Origin: an uncultured Candidatus Saccharibacteria bacterium | GTDB lineage: Bacteria > Patescibacteriota > Minisyncoccia > Ryanbacterales > 2-02-FULL-48-12 | Direction: 5' to 3' | Assembly (NCBI GenBank): GCA_964349275.1 | Contig: CAYGFT010000002.1 | Coordinates: 1 to 41,720, forward strand | DNA: 41,720 bases | Made by a program: the position numbers and the translations under genes | Shown here: piece after piece, positions 33,816 to 41,720 of the stretch | How positions within the stretch are numbered: position 1 is the stretch's first letter | Layout of the letters: every line of letters begins with the position of its first letter | Notes under the pieces: model-generated | The model's input: only the letters and a program-made list of their open reading frames with translations | The model's database searches: none | Told to the model about the DNA's origin: nothing

Positions 33816-36305
33816 ATGAATCGCTATCATCCAGCAAAAATCGAAGCCAAGTGGCAAAAGGCTTGGGAGAAGAAAAAACTTTACAACGCAAAGCCATCAT
33901 CGCGCAAGAAAAAATATTACGCGCTGATAGAGTTTCCCTACCCATCTGGTGACGGGCTTCATGTGGGGCATGTCCGAAGCTACACCGCGATGGATATCGT
34001 CGCTCGCAAACGCCGTGCCGAGGGCTATGAGGTGCTCTACCCCATTGGCTGGGATGCGTTTGGTCTGCCCACCGAAAACTACGCGATCAAACATAAGATC
34101 CATCCCAAGATTGTTACCAAAAAAAATACGGATAATTTTCGCCGACAGCTCAAGTCTCTCGGTTTTTCCTTTGACTGGTCGCGCGAAATCAACACTTCGG
34201 ATCCGAGCTATTATAAATGGACGCAATGGATATTTTTGCGACTTTTTGATGCCGGCCTTGCCTATAAGACCAAAACATTCATTAACTGGTGTCTAAATTG
34301 CAAGATTGGTCTTGCTAATGAAGAGGTGGTGGGAGGTAAGTGCGAGCGGTGCGGTGGCACAGTAGAGAAACGTGAGAAAGAACAGTGGATGCTTCGTATC
34401 ACCGCGTATGCGGACAAACTCCTCAAGGGTTTGGAAACGGTCAACTATATCCCGGAGGCGAGAGTCCAACAGGAGCATTGGATCGGGAGATCAGATGGCG
34501 CGCTTTTGAAGTTCCCAGTATTGCATGCACAAACGCCGATAGAAGTTTTTACTACGCGCCCGGATACACTCTATGGCGCCACCTATCTGGTACTTGCACC
34601 CGAGCATCCGCTGGTTGATAATTTTCGCCCGCGTATCAGCAACTTTCATGAGATAGAGATATACAGAGAGGCGAGTAAGAAAAAAACCGAAGAAGAGCGC
34701 TTGCGTCTGGAGCGTGAAAAAACGGGCGTGGAGCTCCATGGGCTCAAAGCCATTAATCCTGCGACACACGAGGAGATGCCGGTTTGGATTTCCGACTATG
34801 TGCTTGCGGGATACGGAACAGGCGCCATTATGGCGGTCCCAGCGCACGATGAGCGGGATTATGAGTTCGCGCGCAAATTTAATCTTGCAATTCGCGAGGT
34901 AATACGCCCCCTATCAGGAGCCCCTATAGAGGAGGGCAAAGTATTTGTCGGTGAAGGTATGGTATCTGCGTCCGGGCGGTTCGATGGTACGCCATCGGCA
35001 AAGGCCAAATGGGAGATTACCAAATCTGTAGCAGGAAAACGTGTCACCCAATACAAACTGCGCGATTGGGTATTCTCCCGTCAGCGGTATTGGGGAGAGC
35101 CGATACCATTGGTTTTTTGTTCTACGTGCCAAAAAGATGCGGCAAACCCCAAATCTCAAATCACCACTACCAAAAAGATGCGACAGTTTTCCAAAGGCGA
35201 GAGACTCAATCCGGGCTGGGTAGCAGTTTCAGCAAAAAAACTTCCGGTAGAGCTTCCCAACGTCAAAGAATACATGCCGACCGATACCGGGGAGTCGCCG
35301 CTTGCCAATATTGCTTCTTGGGTACGTGCCAAGTGTCCGCGGTGCGGGAGCGCGGGGGTGCGTGAGACGGATGTCATGCCTAACTGGGCGGGATCCAGCT
35401 GGTATTTTTTGCGCTATATAGATCCGAAAAACAAAAAAACATTTGCCGATATAAAACAGCTCAAGCGTTGGATGCCGGTCGATTGGTACAATGGCGGTAT
35501 GGAGCATACGGTCCTACATCTTTTGTATTCTCGTTTTTGGAATCAATTTTTATATGATCAAAAGCTGGTACCAGTGCGCGAACCGTATCAGAAACGCACT
35601 TCTCATGGTTTGATTATGGGTGAGGGGGGGATGAAGATGTCTAAGTCCAAAGGGAACGTGGTGAACCCCGACAGTGTGGTTGCAGATTTTGGAGCAGACG
35701 CCTTGCGACTCTATGAGATGTTCATTGGGCCATTTAATCAGCCGGTTGCTTGGGATGTGCATGGCATATTAGGTGTTACGCGATTTTTGGAGCGTGTTTG
35801 GATGTTGGGTGATCCCAAGCGCATTGCCAAAAAACATGCGGACAAAGAACTGGAGGCGCTTTTGCACAAAACCATCAAGAAGGTTTCTCAAGATATTGAG
35901 TCTATGGCATTCAATACCGCGGTGAGTGCTTGCATGGTATTCGTCAATGAATGTGCAAAGCGTGAAATGCTGGATCGCGCTTTGTGGCAGACGTTTTTGC
36001 GCATGCTCTCACCGTTTGCGCCGCACATTACCGAGGAGCTCTGGCAGATACTTGGCAACAGAAAAAGCATCCATGAGGAGCTGTGGCCCGTCTATAATCC
36101 TAAGCTTATTCGGGATGAAGAGTTTGTGCTTGTTGTCCAGATAAACGGCAAGGTCAGAGATTCATTTCTTGTGCCAAGTGGTATTACTCAAAAAGAGGCA
36201 GAACGCTTAGTATTTTCTCGCGAAAAAATAAAGGCACTCCTGGGCGCCACAGAGCCCAAGAAAATTATCTTTGTCCCAGGACGCTTACTAAATATCGTAT
36301 TCTAG
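33816..36305 (+). CDS. leuS: leucyl-tRNA synthetase
   Basis: FPYPSGDGLHVGHVRSYTAMD (HIGH), CxxC...CxRCG zinc knuckle, TTRPDTLYGATY (CP1 editing) and GMKMSKSKGNVV (KMSKS). Confidence 0.95.
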   Translation: MNRYHPAKIEAKWQKAWEKKKLYNAKPSSRKKKYYALIEFPYPSGDGLHVGHVRSYTAMDIVARKRRAEGYEVLYPIGWDAFGLPTENYAIKHKIHPKIVTKKNTDNFRRQLKSLGFSFDWSREINTSDPSYYKWTQWIFLRLFDAGLAYKTKTFINWCLNCKIGLANEEVVGGKCERCGGTVEKREKEQWMLRITAYADKLLKGLETVNYIPEARVQQEHWIGRSDGALLKFPVLHAQTPIEVFTTRPDTLYGATYLVLAPEHPLVDNFRPRISNFHEIEIYREASKKKTEEERLRLEREKTGVELHGLKAINPATHEEMPVWISDYVLAGYGTGAIMAVPAHDERDYEFARKFNLAIREVIRPLSGAPIEEGKVFVGEGMVSASGRFDGTPSAKAKWEITKSVAGKRVTQYKLRDWVFSRQRYWGEPIPLVFCSTCQKDAANPKSQITTTKKMRQFSKGERLNPGWVAVSAKKLPVELPNVKEYMPTDTGESPLANIASWVRAKCPRCGSAGVRETDVMPNWAGSSWYFLRYIDPKNKKTFADIKQLKRWMPVDWYNGGMEHTVLHLLYSRFWNQFLYDQKLVPVREPYQKRTSHGLIMGEGGMKMSKSKGNVVNPDSVVADFGADALRLYEMFIGPFNQPVAWDVHGILGVTRFLERVWMLGDPKRIAKKHADKELEALLHKTIKKVSQDIESMAFNTAVSACMVFVNECAKREMLDRALWQTFLRMLSPFAPHITEELWQILGNRKSIHEELWPVYNPKLIRDEEFVLVVQINGKVRDSFLVPSGITQKEAERLVFSREKIKALLGATEPKKIIFVPGRLLNIVF

Positions 36306-36320
36306 CGTTATATAGAAATC

Positions 36321-37022
36321 ATGAAAGCAATTATCGTGGCCGCTGGTGAGGGTACGCGTATGCGACCGCTTACCAATGACAAGCCCAAACAATTGGTAGA
36401 GCTTCAGGGGAAGCCGCTCCTGGATCATATTCTGAATTCTTTGCCAGAAGAGATTTCTGCGCTTATTATCGTTGTGGGATACAAGGGAGATCAAATTCGT
36501 ACGTGGTACGGCGCCACCTATACAGGTAAGCCCATTACGTATGTGGAACAGACGGAACGCAAAGGCACGTGGCATGCGCTTTCGTTGTGTGAGCCGTATA
36601 TTGAAAAGGGTGAGAAATTCTTTTATCTATATGCAGATGACCTGCATGGGAGGGAGGGATTGCGAGAATGCATTGCGGCGTCTGATAAGGGGTGTACGAT
36701 GTCGGTGACCGAGGTGGAGGATCCGCGCCGATTTGGTGTGGTGGAAATTGATGAGACAGGGAAAATCACGCACGCGGAAGAAAAACCGGATACACCGCGT
36801 TCCCACCTAGTCTCGACGGGCGCTTTTGTTCTCACTCCCGAAGTATTCAAGTATCGCCCCGCGCTTTACAAAGGGGAGGAGTACCTATTTCAAAGTGTTG
36901 CCGCGATGATACAAGATGGTCATGCATTTTATGCGATACCCTCTACATTTTGGTTTCCTATCGGATATCCGGAAGACGTCGCTCGAGCCGAAGCAGAGGT
37001 TCGTCCGGAGCATCTCCTCTAG
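36321..37022 (+). CDS. sugar-phosphate nucleotidyltransferase (NTP_transferase family)
   Basis: MKAIIVAAGEGTRMRPLTNDKPKQLV is the G-x-G-T-R-x-x-P-x-T signature. GTWHAL and FGVVEID blocks. Confidence 0.85.
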   Translation: MKAIIVAAGEGTRMRPLTNDKPKQLVELQGKPLLDHILNSLPEEISALIIVVGYKGDQIRTWYGATYTGKPITYVEQTERKGTWHALSLCEPYIEKGEKFFYLYADDLHGREGLRECIAASDKGCTMSVTEVEDPRRFGVVEIDETGKITHAEEKPDTPRSHLVSTGAFVLTPEVFKYRPALYKGEEYLFQSVAAMIQDGHAFYAIPSTFWFPIGYPEDVARAEAEVRPEHLL

Positions 37023-37066
37023 GATCCCTCTTACCAATATGCTTGGTCTTTGGTATCGTAAATCGT

Positions 37067-37732
37067 ATGCCAAAACCAGGCCTCAAAATACTCGAGCTCA
37101 ATGAAAAAACAGAAACTCTGGTGCTGTTGGAGGCGACTGATGTCTTAAAGCGTGGTGGCGTGGTTGTAGTGCCGACTGATACACTTTATGGTCTTGCGGC
37201 AGATGCCACCAATGAACGGGCGGTACAAAAAGTTTTTTCCATAAAAGGTCGCGATGCAGGCAAGCCTTTGCCGGTTTTGGTCTCGGATTTTGCTATGATG
37301 AATAAGGTAGCGCTTCTTTCCGAGAAAAACCGTGACCGGATTGCTAAGTTTGATACGGTGACTGCGGTGTTGCCGGCTCGGGGGTGGATGCCGCTCAACC
37401 TTCGTGCTGGACAGCTTACGATTGGGGTGCGTATACCCCAACACTCATTTCTCCTGCGTCTTATTAAAATGTTCGGGGGGCCTATTACCGGTACGAGTGC
37501 TAATAAGTCTGGGGGATCATCACATACGCACATCCAGTATGTGGTAGAGGATTTTCAAAAAGGACGCGCGAGACCAGATTTGATCATTGACGCGGGTAAT
37601 CTTGGAGAACATAGCGCATCTATGATTGTAGATTTTACCAAAGAGCCGGCACAAGTTATCCGTACGGGGCCCATGAGCAAAGAAGCGCTCCTCGCGTTTT
37701 TGAGTGAAGAGCAATCGCAAAATACTTGTTAA
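37067..37732 (+). CDS. tsaC: L-threonylcarbamoyladenylate synthase (YrdC/Sua5/TsaC family)
   Basis: GGVVVVPTDTLYGLAADATNERAVQKVFSIKGRDAGKPLPVLV, IGVRIP and GTSANKSG. The ATG at 37067 avoids a 73-nt overlap with the upstream gene. Confidence 0.88.
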   Translation: MPKPGLKILELNEKTETLVLLEATDVLKRGGVVVVPTDTLYGLAADATNERAVQKVFSIKGRDAGKPLPVLVSDFAMMNKVALLSEKNRDRIAKFDTVTAVLPARGWMPLNLRAGQLTIGVRIPQHSFLLRLIKMFGGPITGTSANKSGGSSHTHIQYVVEDFQKGRARPDLIIDAGNLGEHSASMIVDFTKEPAQVIRTGPMSKEALLAFLSEEQSQNTC

Positions 37733-37741
37733 TGAAATTGC

Positions 37742-38911
37742 ATGATAGACGATAAACGCCTTTTTGATCTTATACAAAAAGAAGATAAGCGCCAGAGGCA
37801 GGTAATCAATTTAATTGCTTCGGAAAATTACGTTTCCCGGGCAGTACTCAAGGCTCTCGGATCCACACTCGTCAATAAATACGCCGAGGGGTATCCGGGC
37901 AAGCGCTACTATGGTGGTAATACTATTGTCGATGAGATAGAAAATCTTGCCAAACTTCGTGCGCTCAATTTATTTAAACTCGATCCGCGCAAATGGCAGG
38001 TCAATGTCCAGCCGTATTCTGGATCACCTGCCAACCTGGCTGTCTATCTGGCGCTAGTCCCACCGGGGGAGAAGATTATGGGTATGGAGCTTTCTATGGG
38101 CGGGCATCTCACCCATGGGCATCGGGTCAGTGCCACGGGCAAATTCTGGGAACAGGTCGCTTATGGGGTAGACAAAAAAACGGAGCGGATTGATTATGAT
38201 GCTCTGAAAGTATTGGCTAAAAAAGAAAAGCCAAAACTTATTGTTGCCGGATTTACCGCATATCCGCGCCGTGTTGATTTTAAAAAATTTCGCCAAATTG
38301 CGGATGCCTGTGGGGCGATATTACTAGTGGATATGTCGCATATTGCGGGCTTGGTGGCAGGAGGCGTTCACTCCTCGCCATTCCCGTATGCTGATGTAGT
38401 AATGACCACCACCCACAAGACCTTGCGCGGACCGCGTGCGGCAATGATATTCTCTCATTCGATGTTTAGTTCGCTTATTGATAAGGCGGTATTCCCAGGG
38501 CTCCAAGGTGGGCCGCATATCAATCAAATCGCTGCGGTCGCAACAGCGCTCTACGAGGCTTCCCAGCCCGCGTTTAAAATATACGCCAAACAGACAGTGG
38601 CAAACGCCCAAGCTCTTGCGCTCGAGCTTAAAAAACTTGGCTGGCGGATAGTCTCGGGTGGTACTGATACACACCTTTTGCTGGTGGATACCTGGGCGCG
38701 AGGTGTCTCGGGTGCTGTTGCAAGCGATATGTTAGAGCGCGAGGGGATTGTCGTTAACAAAAATACTATCCCCTATGATACGCGTACCCCCATGGATCCC
38801 TCGGGGATGCGTATTGGTACTGCCTCGGTGACCACGAGAGGTATGAAAGAGAAAGATATGCTACGTATTGCTCGTAAAATCAATACTGTTTTGACACAGA
38901 GAAAAATTTAG
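37742..38911 (+). CDS. glyA: serine hydroxymethyltransferase
   Basis: LIASENYVSRAVLKALGSTLVNKYAEGYPGKRYYGG, GGHLTHG and TTTHKTLRGPR (PLP lysine). Confidence 0.95.
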   Translation: MIDDKRLFDLIQKEDKRQRQVINLIASENYVSRAVLKALGSTLVNKYAEGYPGKRYYGGNTIVDEIENLAKLRALNLFKLDPRKWQVNVQPYSGSPANLAVYLALVPPGEKIMGMELSMGGHLTHGHRVSATGKFWEQVAYGVDKKTERIDYDALKVLAKKEKPKLIVAGFTAYPRRVDFKKFRQIADACGAILLVDMSHIAGLVAGGVHSSPFPYADVVMTTTHKTLRGPRAAMIFSHSMFSSLIDKAVFPGLQGGPHINQIAAVATALYEASQPAFKIYAKQTVANAQALALELKKLGWRIVSGGTDTHLLLVDTWARGVSGAVASDMLEREGIVVNKNTIPYDTRTPMDPSGMRIGTASVTTRGMKEKDMLRIARKINTVLTQRKI

Positions 38912-38946
38912 ATATAGTTAAGAAAATCTTTTAGGAAGGAGCTTGT

Positions 38947-39267
38947 ATGGCAAGCAAAGAAGAAGTTTTGGTCGAATGGAGAAAAATCCGTTCCTATATG
39001 GTCCCCACGGTGGGAGTCCAATTCCTTTTATCCGAGGAAAAGGCTCGTCAGTTGTTCGAAATGTTGACAGAAGAGGGCATCCCTCTAACGTTTTCTACAA
39101 AGGGTTTTATGGTCCCATCTGCTTTTGTCTCCCTGTGTGAGGGGGTCCCCGGAGTACGGGTTTTTAGGAAAGGTGATAAGAAGGAGGAGCCGCGAGGACG
39201 ACGGTATCTGCCAACAGCAGAAGAGGCCAGCCGCATTCTTGGGGAGCGTGCTAAGCAGTTTGGGTAG
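38947..39267 (+). CDS. hypothetical protein (106 aa, ORFan 1 of the glyA-folD insert)
   Basis: SD AGGAAGGAG is 6 nt upstream. A terminator lies downstream. No recognisable family. Confidence 0.6.
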   Translation: MASKEEVLVEWRKIRSYMVPTVGVQFLLSEEKARQLFEMLTEEGIPLTFSTKGFMVPSAFVSLCEGVPGVRVFRKGDKKEEPRGRRYLPTAEEASRILGERAKQFG

Positions 39268-39302
39268 CTATTTGATAATGATTCTTGGTTGGTCGTGGTG
39301 AC

Positions 39303-39331
39303 AGGGAAGCCAAAGCTTCCCTCTTTTATTT
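39303..39331 (+). terminator. rho-independent terminator
   Basis: AGGGAAGC-CAAA-GCTTCCCT hairpin followed by CTTTTATTT. Confidence 0.75.
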
Positions 39332-39375
39332 GGATGTGGCGGGGAGCATGTATTACAAAGCATATCCGCGAGATT

Positions 39376-39404
39376 TTGACAAAGAATACATAAGAGGCTA
39401 GTTT
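39376..39404 (+). promoter_or_regulatory. candidate sigma70-type promoter
   Basis: TTGACA (39376-39381), a 17-nt spacer, then TAGTTT (39399-39404), about 37 nt upstream of the 39442 start. Sequence pattern only. Confidence 0.3.
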
Positions 39405-39441
39405 TAAATCAGATACGGGTATCTCGAAAGGAGGGGCTGGT

Positions 39442-39774
39442 ATGACAGCGAGTCGTACATTACTAACTCTATACTGTCTTTTACTGGGTCTTTTGCCATT
39501 TTGCCTTCACTCATCTTACGGCGTGTGGAGCAAAGACATGCTTCCAGGCTTGGTGCTTGGCATGGTGCGTGGAGAGCACCTTGATACTGTTACCATAGGT
39601 ACCGTCATACTGGTTAGCTCTTTGATTTTCTGCATAGCGTACTTTGGACCGTTGGGTATCCAGGCTATGTTCCCGGACATTCGCTATTTCTGGATTTTCA
39701 ATGGTCTCATACTGGGGACTATGCTTATGGCGAATTTCCTTGGAGGATTTGTCCTTGCCATGCTGGAGAAGTGA
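39442..39774 (+). CDS. hypothetical membrane protein (110 aa, about 3-4 TM, ORFan 2)
   Basis: SD AAAGGAGGGG is 5 nt upstream. Hydrophobic helices. Confidence 0.6.
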   Translation: MTASRTLLTLYCLLLGLLPFCLHSSYGVWSKDMLPGLVLGMVRGEHLDTVTIGTVILVSSLIFCIAYFGPLGIQAMFPDIRYFWIFNGLILGTMLMANFLGGFVLAMLEK

Positions 39775-39818
39775 TGCGTGGTTGCCTAAAGTAAAAAACT
39801 TAAAAAAGGAGGTGAGGA

Positions 39819-40196
39819 ATGTCTCAAGAGCTAGTTTTGTCATCAGGGGCCGAGGAGATTTTTTGCCAATCTGCGCGTGCAGTAGCTCTTACTGTACCAT
39901 CGGTATTGCTGACATTCTCTGATGAGGATGAGTATCTCTTGGCACTAGAACTACTGAAAAGCAGGCGGATTCCACATCAATGTTACGGCCGTCCACGGAT
40001 TCTCGTGCCGGAGGCGATCGCGTCAGTTTTTGTGAATGCAAAAGCAGAGAAGATAGAGCTAGTGTCAGATTCTATCCCGCTCCGCGCGTACCAGCAAGAT
40101 GTTTGGCATGGAGTTGTCAATGATTTGGTTGTGATGGGTACTGTGCGGGTTGTAACAAACATAAGAGGAATAAATATGGATGGGATGCTCCCCTAA
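39819..40196 (+). CDS. hypothetical protein (125 aa, ORFan 3)
   Basis: SD AAGGAGGTGAGG lies directly upstream, and a terminator lies downstream. It shares a spaced motif with ORFan 1. Confidence 0.6.
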   Translation: MSQELVLSSGAEEIFCQSARAVALTVPSVLLTFSDEDEYLLALELLKSRRIPHQCYGRPRILVPEAIASVFVNAKAEKIELVSDSIPLRAYQQDVWHGVVNDLVVMGTVRVVTNIRGINMDGMLP

Positions 40197-40228
40197 TCGA
40201 GCGCATGGAGAAAAAGAGAAAGTATACA

Positions 40229-40257
40229 AGGAAGCCGAGACTTCCTTTTTTTATTTG
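40229..40257 (+). terminator. rho-independent terminator
   Basis: AGGAAG-CCGAGA-CTTCCT hairpin followed by TTTTTTTATTT. Confidence 0.8.
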
Positions 40258-40268
40258 GGGAGGGTAGT

Positions 40269-41105
40269 ATGTGGGGTATGATTGCAGATGGTAAAAAAAT
40301 ACGCGATGCTATTGCCGACGAGATTCGTGCCCAGATTGCGGAGCGTGCACATCCCTTGCGGCTTGCGATTGTGCTGGTGGGCGAGGATCCGCGGTCGCTT
40401 GCTTTTGTGCGGCAAAAAGAAAAATTTGCAGCACGTGTTGGCATCGAGACGAGGCTGTATACATTTCCTGCTGATATTTCAACTACCAAGTTGCGGAGCG
40501 AGGTTTCCAAGATCGTGCACATCACAGAGAACGATGGTGTGATTGTGCAGTTGCCTCTGCCGGCACATATTCCACCCCAAAATATACTCAATGCGGTAAC
40601 GCCTGAAAAAGATGTAGATATGCTTTCGGCGCGCTCGGTAGGCAATTTTGCAACAGGGGTGGGGAAAATCGTGCCCCCTGTTGTGGGAGCAGTTGCCGCT
40701 ATATTGCATACTTATATCCCCGAGCTCTCACTGAAAGGTAAGCGCGCGGTGATTGTGGGGAGAGGGCGACTCGTAGGATCACCTGTTGGTCAATGGCTGA
40801 TGCATGCGGGTGCTTCAGTGTTTTTTGTGGATGAGCATACGGCGGATATTGGTATCTATACAAAGCAAGCTGATATTGTCATATTGGGCGCTGGTGTACC
40901 TGGGCTTTTGACGGGAGAGATGGTATCCGAAGGAGTAGTGGTGATTGATGCGGGAACTACTGAGTCCCAAGGGAGATTGGTGGGGGATGTGGACGCAGTA
41001 TCTGTCGAACCGAAAGCCGCTCTTGTAACTCCAGTCCCGGGCGGCGTGGGACCGGTCACCGTCGCTCAAGTATTTGAGAATCTTGTTATGTTACAGAAAA
41101 AATAA
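40269..41105 (+). CDS. folD: bifunctional methylenetetrahydrofolate dehydrogenase / methenyltetrahydrofolate cyclohydrolase
   Basis: IADGKKIRD, LAIVLVGEDPRSLAFVRQKEK, VQLPLP, VIVGRGRLVGSPV and TPVPGGVGPVTVA. Confidence 0.93.
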   Translation: MWGMIADGKKIRDAIADEIRAQIAERAHPLRLAIVLVGEDPRSLAFVRQKEKFAARVGIETRLYTFPADISTTKLRSEVSKIVHITENDGVIVQLPLPAHIPPQNILNAVTPEKDVDMLSARSVGNFATGVGKIVPPVVGAVAAILHTYIPELSLKGKRAVIVGRGRLVGSPVGQWLMHAGASVFFVDEHTADIGIYTKQADIVILGAGVPGLLTGEMVSEGVVVIDAGTTESQGRLVGDVDAVSVEPKAALVTPVPGGVGPVTVAQVFENLVMLQKK

Positions 41106-41125
41106 AACGCGGGTATTAGTCCGCG
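41096..41125 (-). terminator. candidate terminator for minus-strand ORF 41116..41424
   Basis: On the minus strand: CGCGG-ACUAAUAC-CCGCG followed by UUUUAUUUUUU. The ORF stop codon lies in the loop. Confidence 0.5.
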
Positions 41126-41424
41126 CTCGGCTTTGATTTTTTTCTGATATCCCAAAGGCTTGAATTTATCCATGTCACATTCCCTGGAGAAAGGGATGTC
41201 TCTTGCAGGGCCACTAAAATTCTACAAGAATCTTGGTATTGCACCGCCTCAAAGATTTTTTTATCAGCCCCGAGGGAGTATGTTTTTAAACAGAATATGC
41301 TTCCCCAGGGCGTCTCGAAGTTTGTCACTGCACAAGCATCTAGATTTTTTATAATTTCCCAAGACCCCGGAGAAAGGTACACCTTATAGGGTGTCATCCA
41401 GAGTGGGTCTATAGGACGGGGCAT
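41116..41424 (-). CDS. hypothetical protein (102 aa)
   Basis: SD AAAGGAGGG is 8 nt upstream of the ATG. No recognisable family. Confidence 0.55.
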   Translation of the reverse strand: MPRPIDPLWMTPYKVYLSPGSWEIIKNLDACAVTNFETPWGSIFCLKTYSLGADKKIFEAVQYQDSCRILVALQETSLSPGNVTWINSSLWDIRKKSKPSAD

Positions 41425-41607
41425 GCATACAACCCTCCTTTCCTAGTAAATAAAAAGAATCCTCCCCATAGCTTACGGTATGGAAAGACAAAGTCAAGCA
41501 GGGTGTTTGTATTGTGCCAAGCTCGCACTTATTTTCAAAACAAAGTGAGGTAATGATGTCGCACGCTTCGCGCGTTTCGGCTTCCAAAAAATCGCTAAGT
41601 TCCATTC

Positions 41608-41694
41608 TGGTGCCGCGGGAGAGACTCGAACTCTCACAACCTTTCGGTTATTGGATTTTGAGTCCAACGCGTCTACCAATTCCGCCACCGCGGC
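41608..41694 (-). tRNA. tRNA-Leu (anticodon CAA), class II with long variable arm, CCA encoded
   Basis: The reverse complement folds as: acceptor GCCGCGG/CCGCGGC; D-arm GCG-GAAUUGGUAGA-CGC; anticodon stem UUGGA/UCCAA with loop CUCAAAA; variable stem AACC-GAAA-GGUU; T-arm GAGAG-UUCGAGU-CUCUC; then A-CCA. Confidence 0.95.
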
Positions 41695-41720
41695 AGGCAC
41701 CATATTATATGCACTAGCAT

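Noticed and set aside
40193-40645. 150-aa minus-strand ORF.
   Set aside because: It is entirely antisense to folD, which has unambiguous family motifs. The ORF has a serine/arginine-rich shadow-frame composition.
41494-41717. ORFs 41494..41703 (-) and 41514..41717 (+).
   Set aside because: They overlap tRNA-Leu(CAA). The conserved-looking peptide stretches are simply translated tRNA sequence.
1-41720. An alternative genetic code (UGA recoding, as in some CPR lineages), CRISPR arrays, transposases or integrases.
   Set aside because: Long conserved ORFs terminate at TGA, TAA and TAG (for example the tpiA TGA overlapping the pgk ATG), with proper family-length products. No spaced direct-repeat array and no recombinase-like ORF was seen on either strand.

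Overview
The window is a gene-dense, mostly plus-strand stretch of housekeeping genes. It reads like a reduced Patescibacteria/CPR-type genome; this is an inference from gene content and compaction, and no search was run. The standard genetic code applies: TGA, TAA and TAG all act as stops, and ATGA and TAATG start/stop overlaps occur.

Recognisable content:
- Glycolysis and sugar genes: galT (5' partial), tpiA, pgk.
- A DNA-uptake/processing block: recJ, then a ComEC split into two genes, then ndk.
- A six-gene membrane/RNase operon.
- A minus-strand smpB - tmRNA - infC - rpmI - rplT block.
- Five aminoacyl-tRNA synthetases: argS, ileS, glyQS, metG, leuS.
- recO, an M16 peptidase, an AI-2E transporter, tatD, a PaaX-like regulator, a sugar nucleotidyltransferase, tsaC, glyA, folD.
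- tRNA-Leu(CAA) at the right edge.

No CRISPR array, transposase or rRNA was seen.

The most unusual observation is a complete histidine-phosphatase (PGAM-like) domain nested in frame inside the catalytic core of IleRS. Its RHGE catalytic motif is locally duplicated.

Other points worth follow-up:
- The ComEC channel and nuclease halves are separate genes, split by an opposite-strand gene.
- infC uses a non-AUG start that sits 3 to 33 nt after the tmRNA 3' end, depending on the start codon chosen.
- Two covarying 35-nt palindromes share an identical 10-nt core and flank the PaaX-like gene.
- A roughly 90 to 105-nt helix-closed candidate RNA lies in a convergent intergenic gap.
- Three ORFans with strong Shine-Dalgarno (SD) sites are inserted between glyA and folD.
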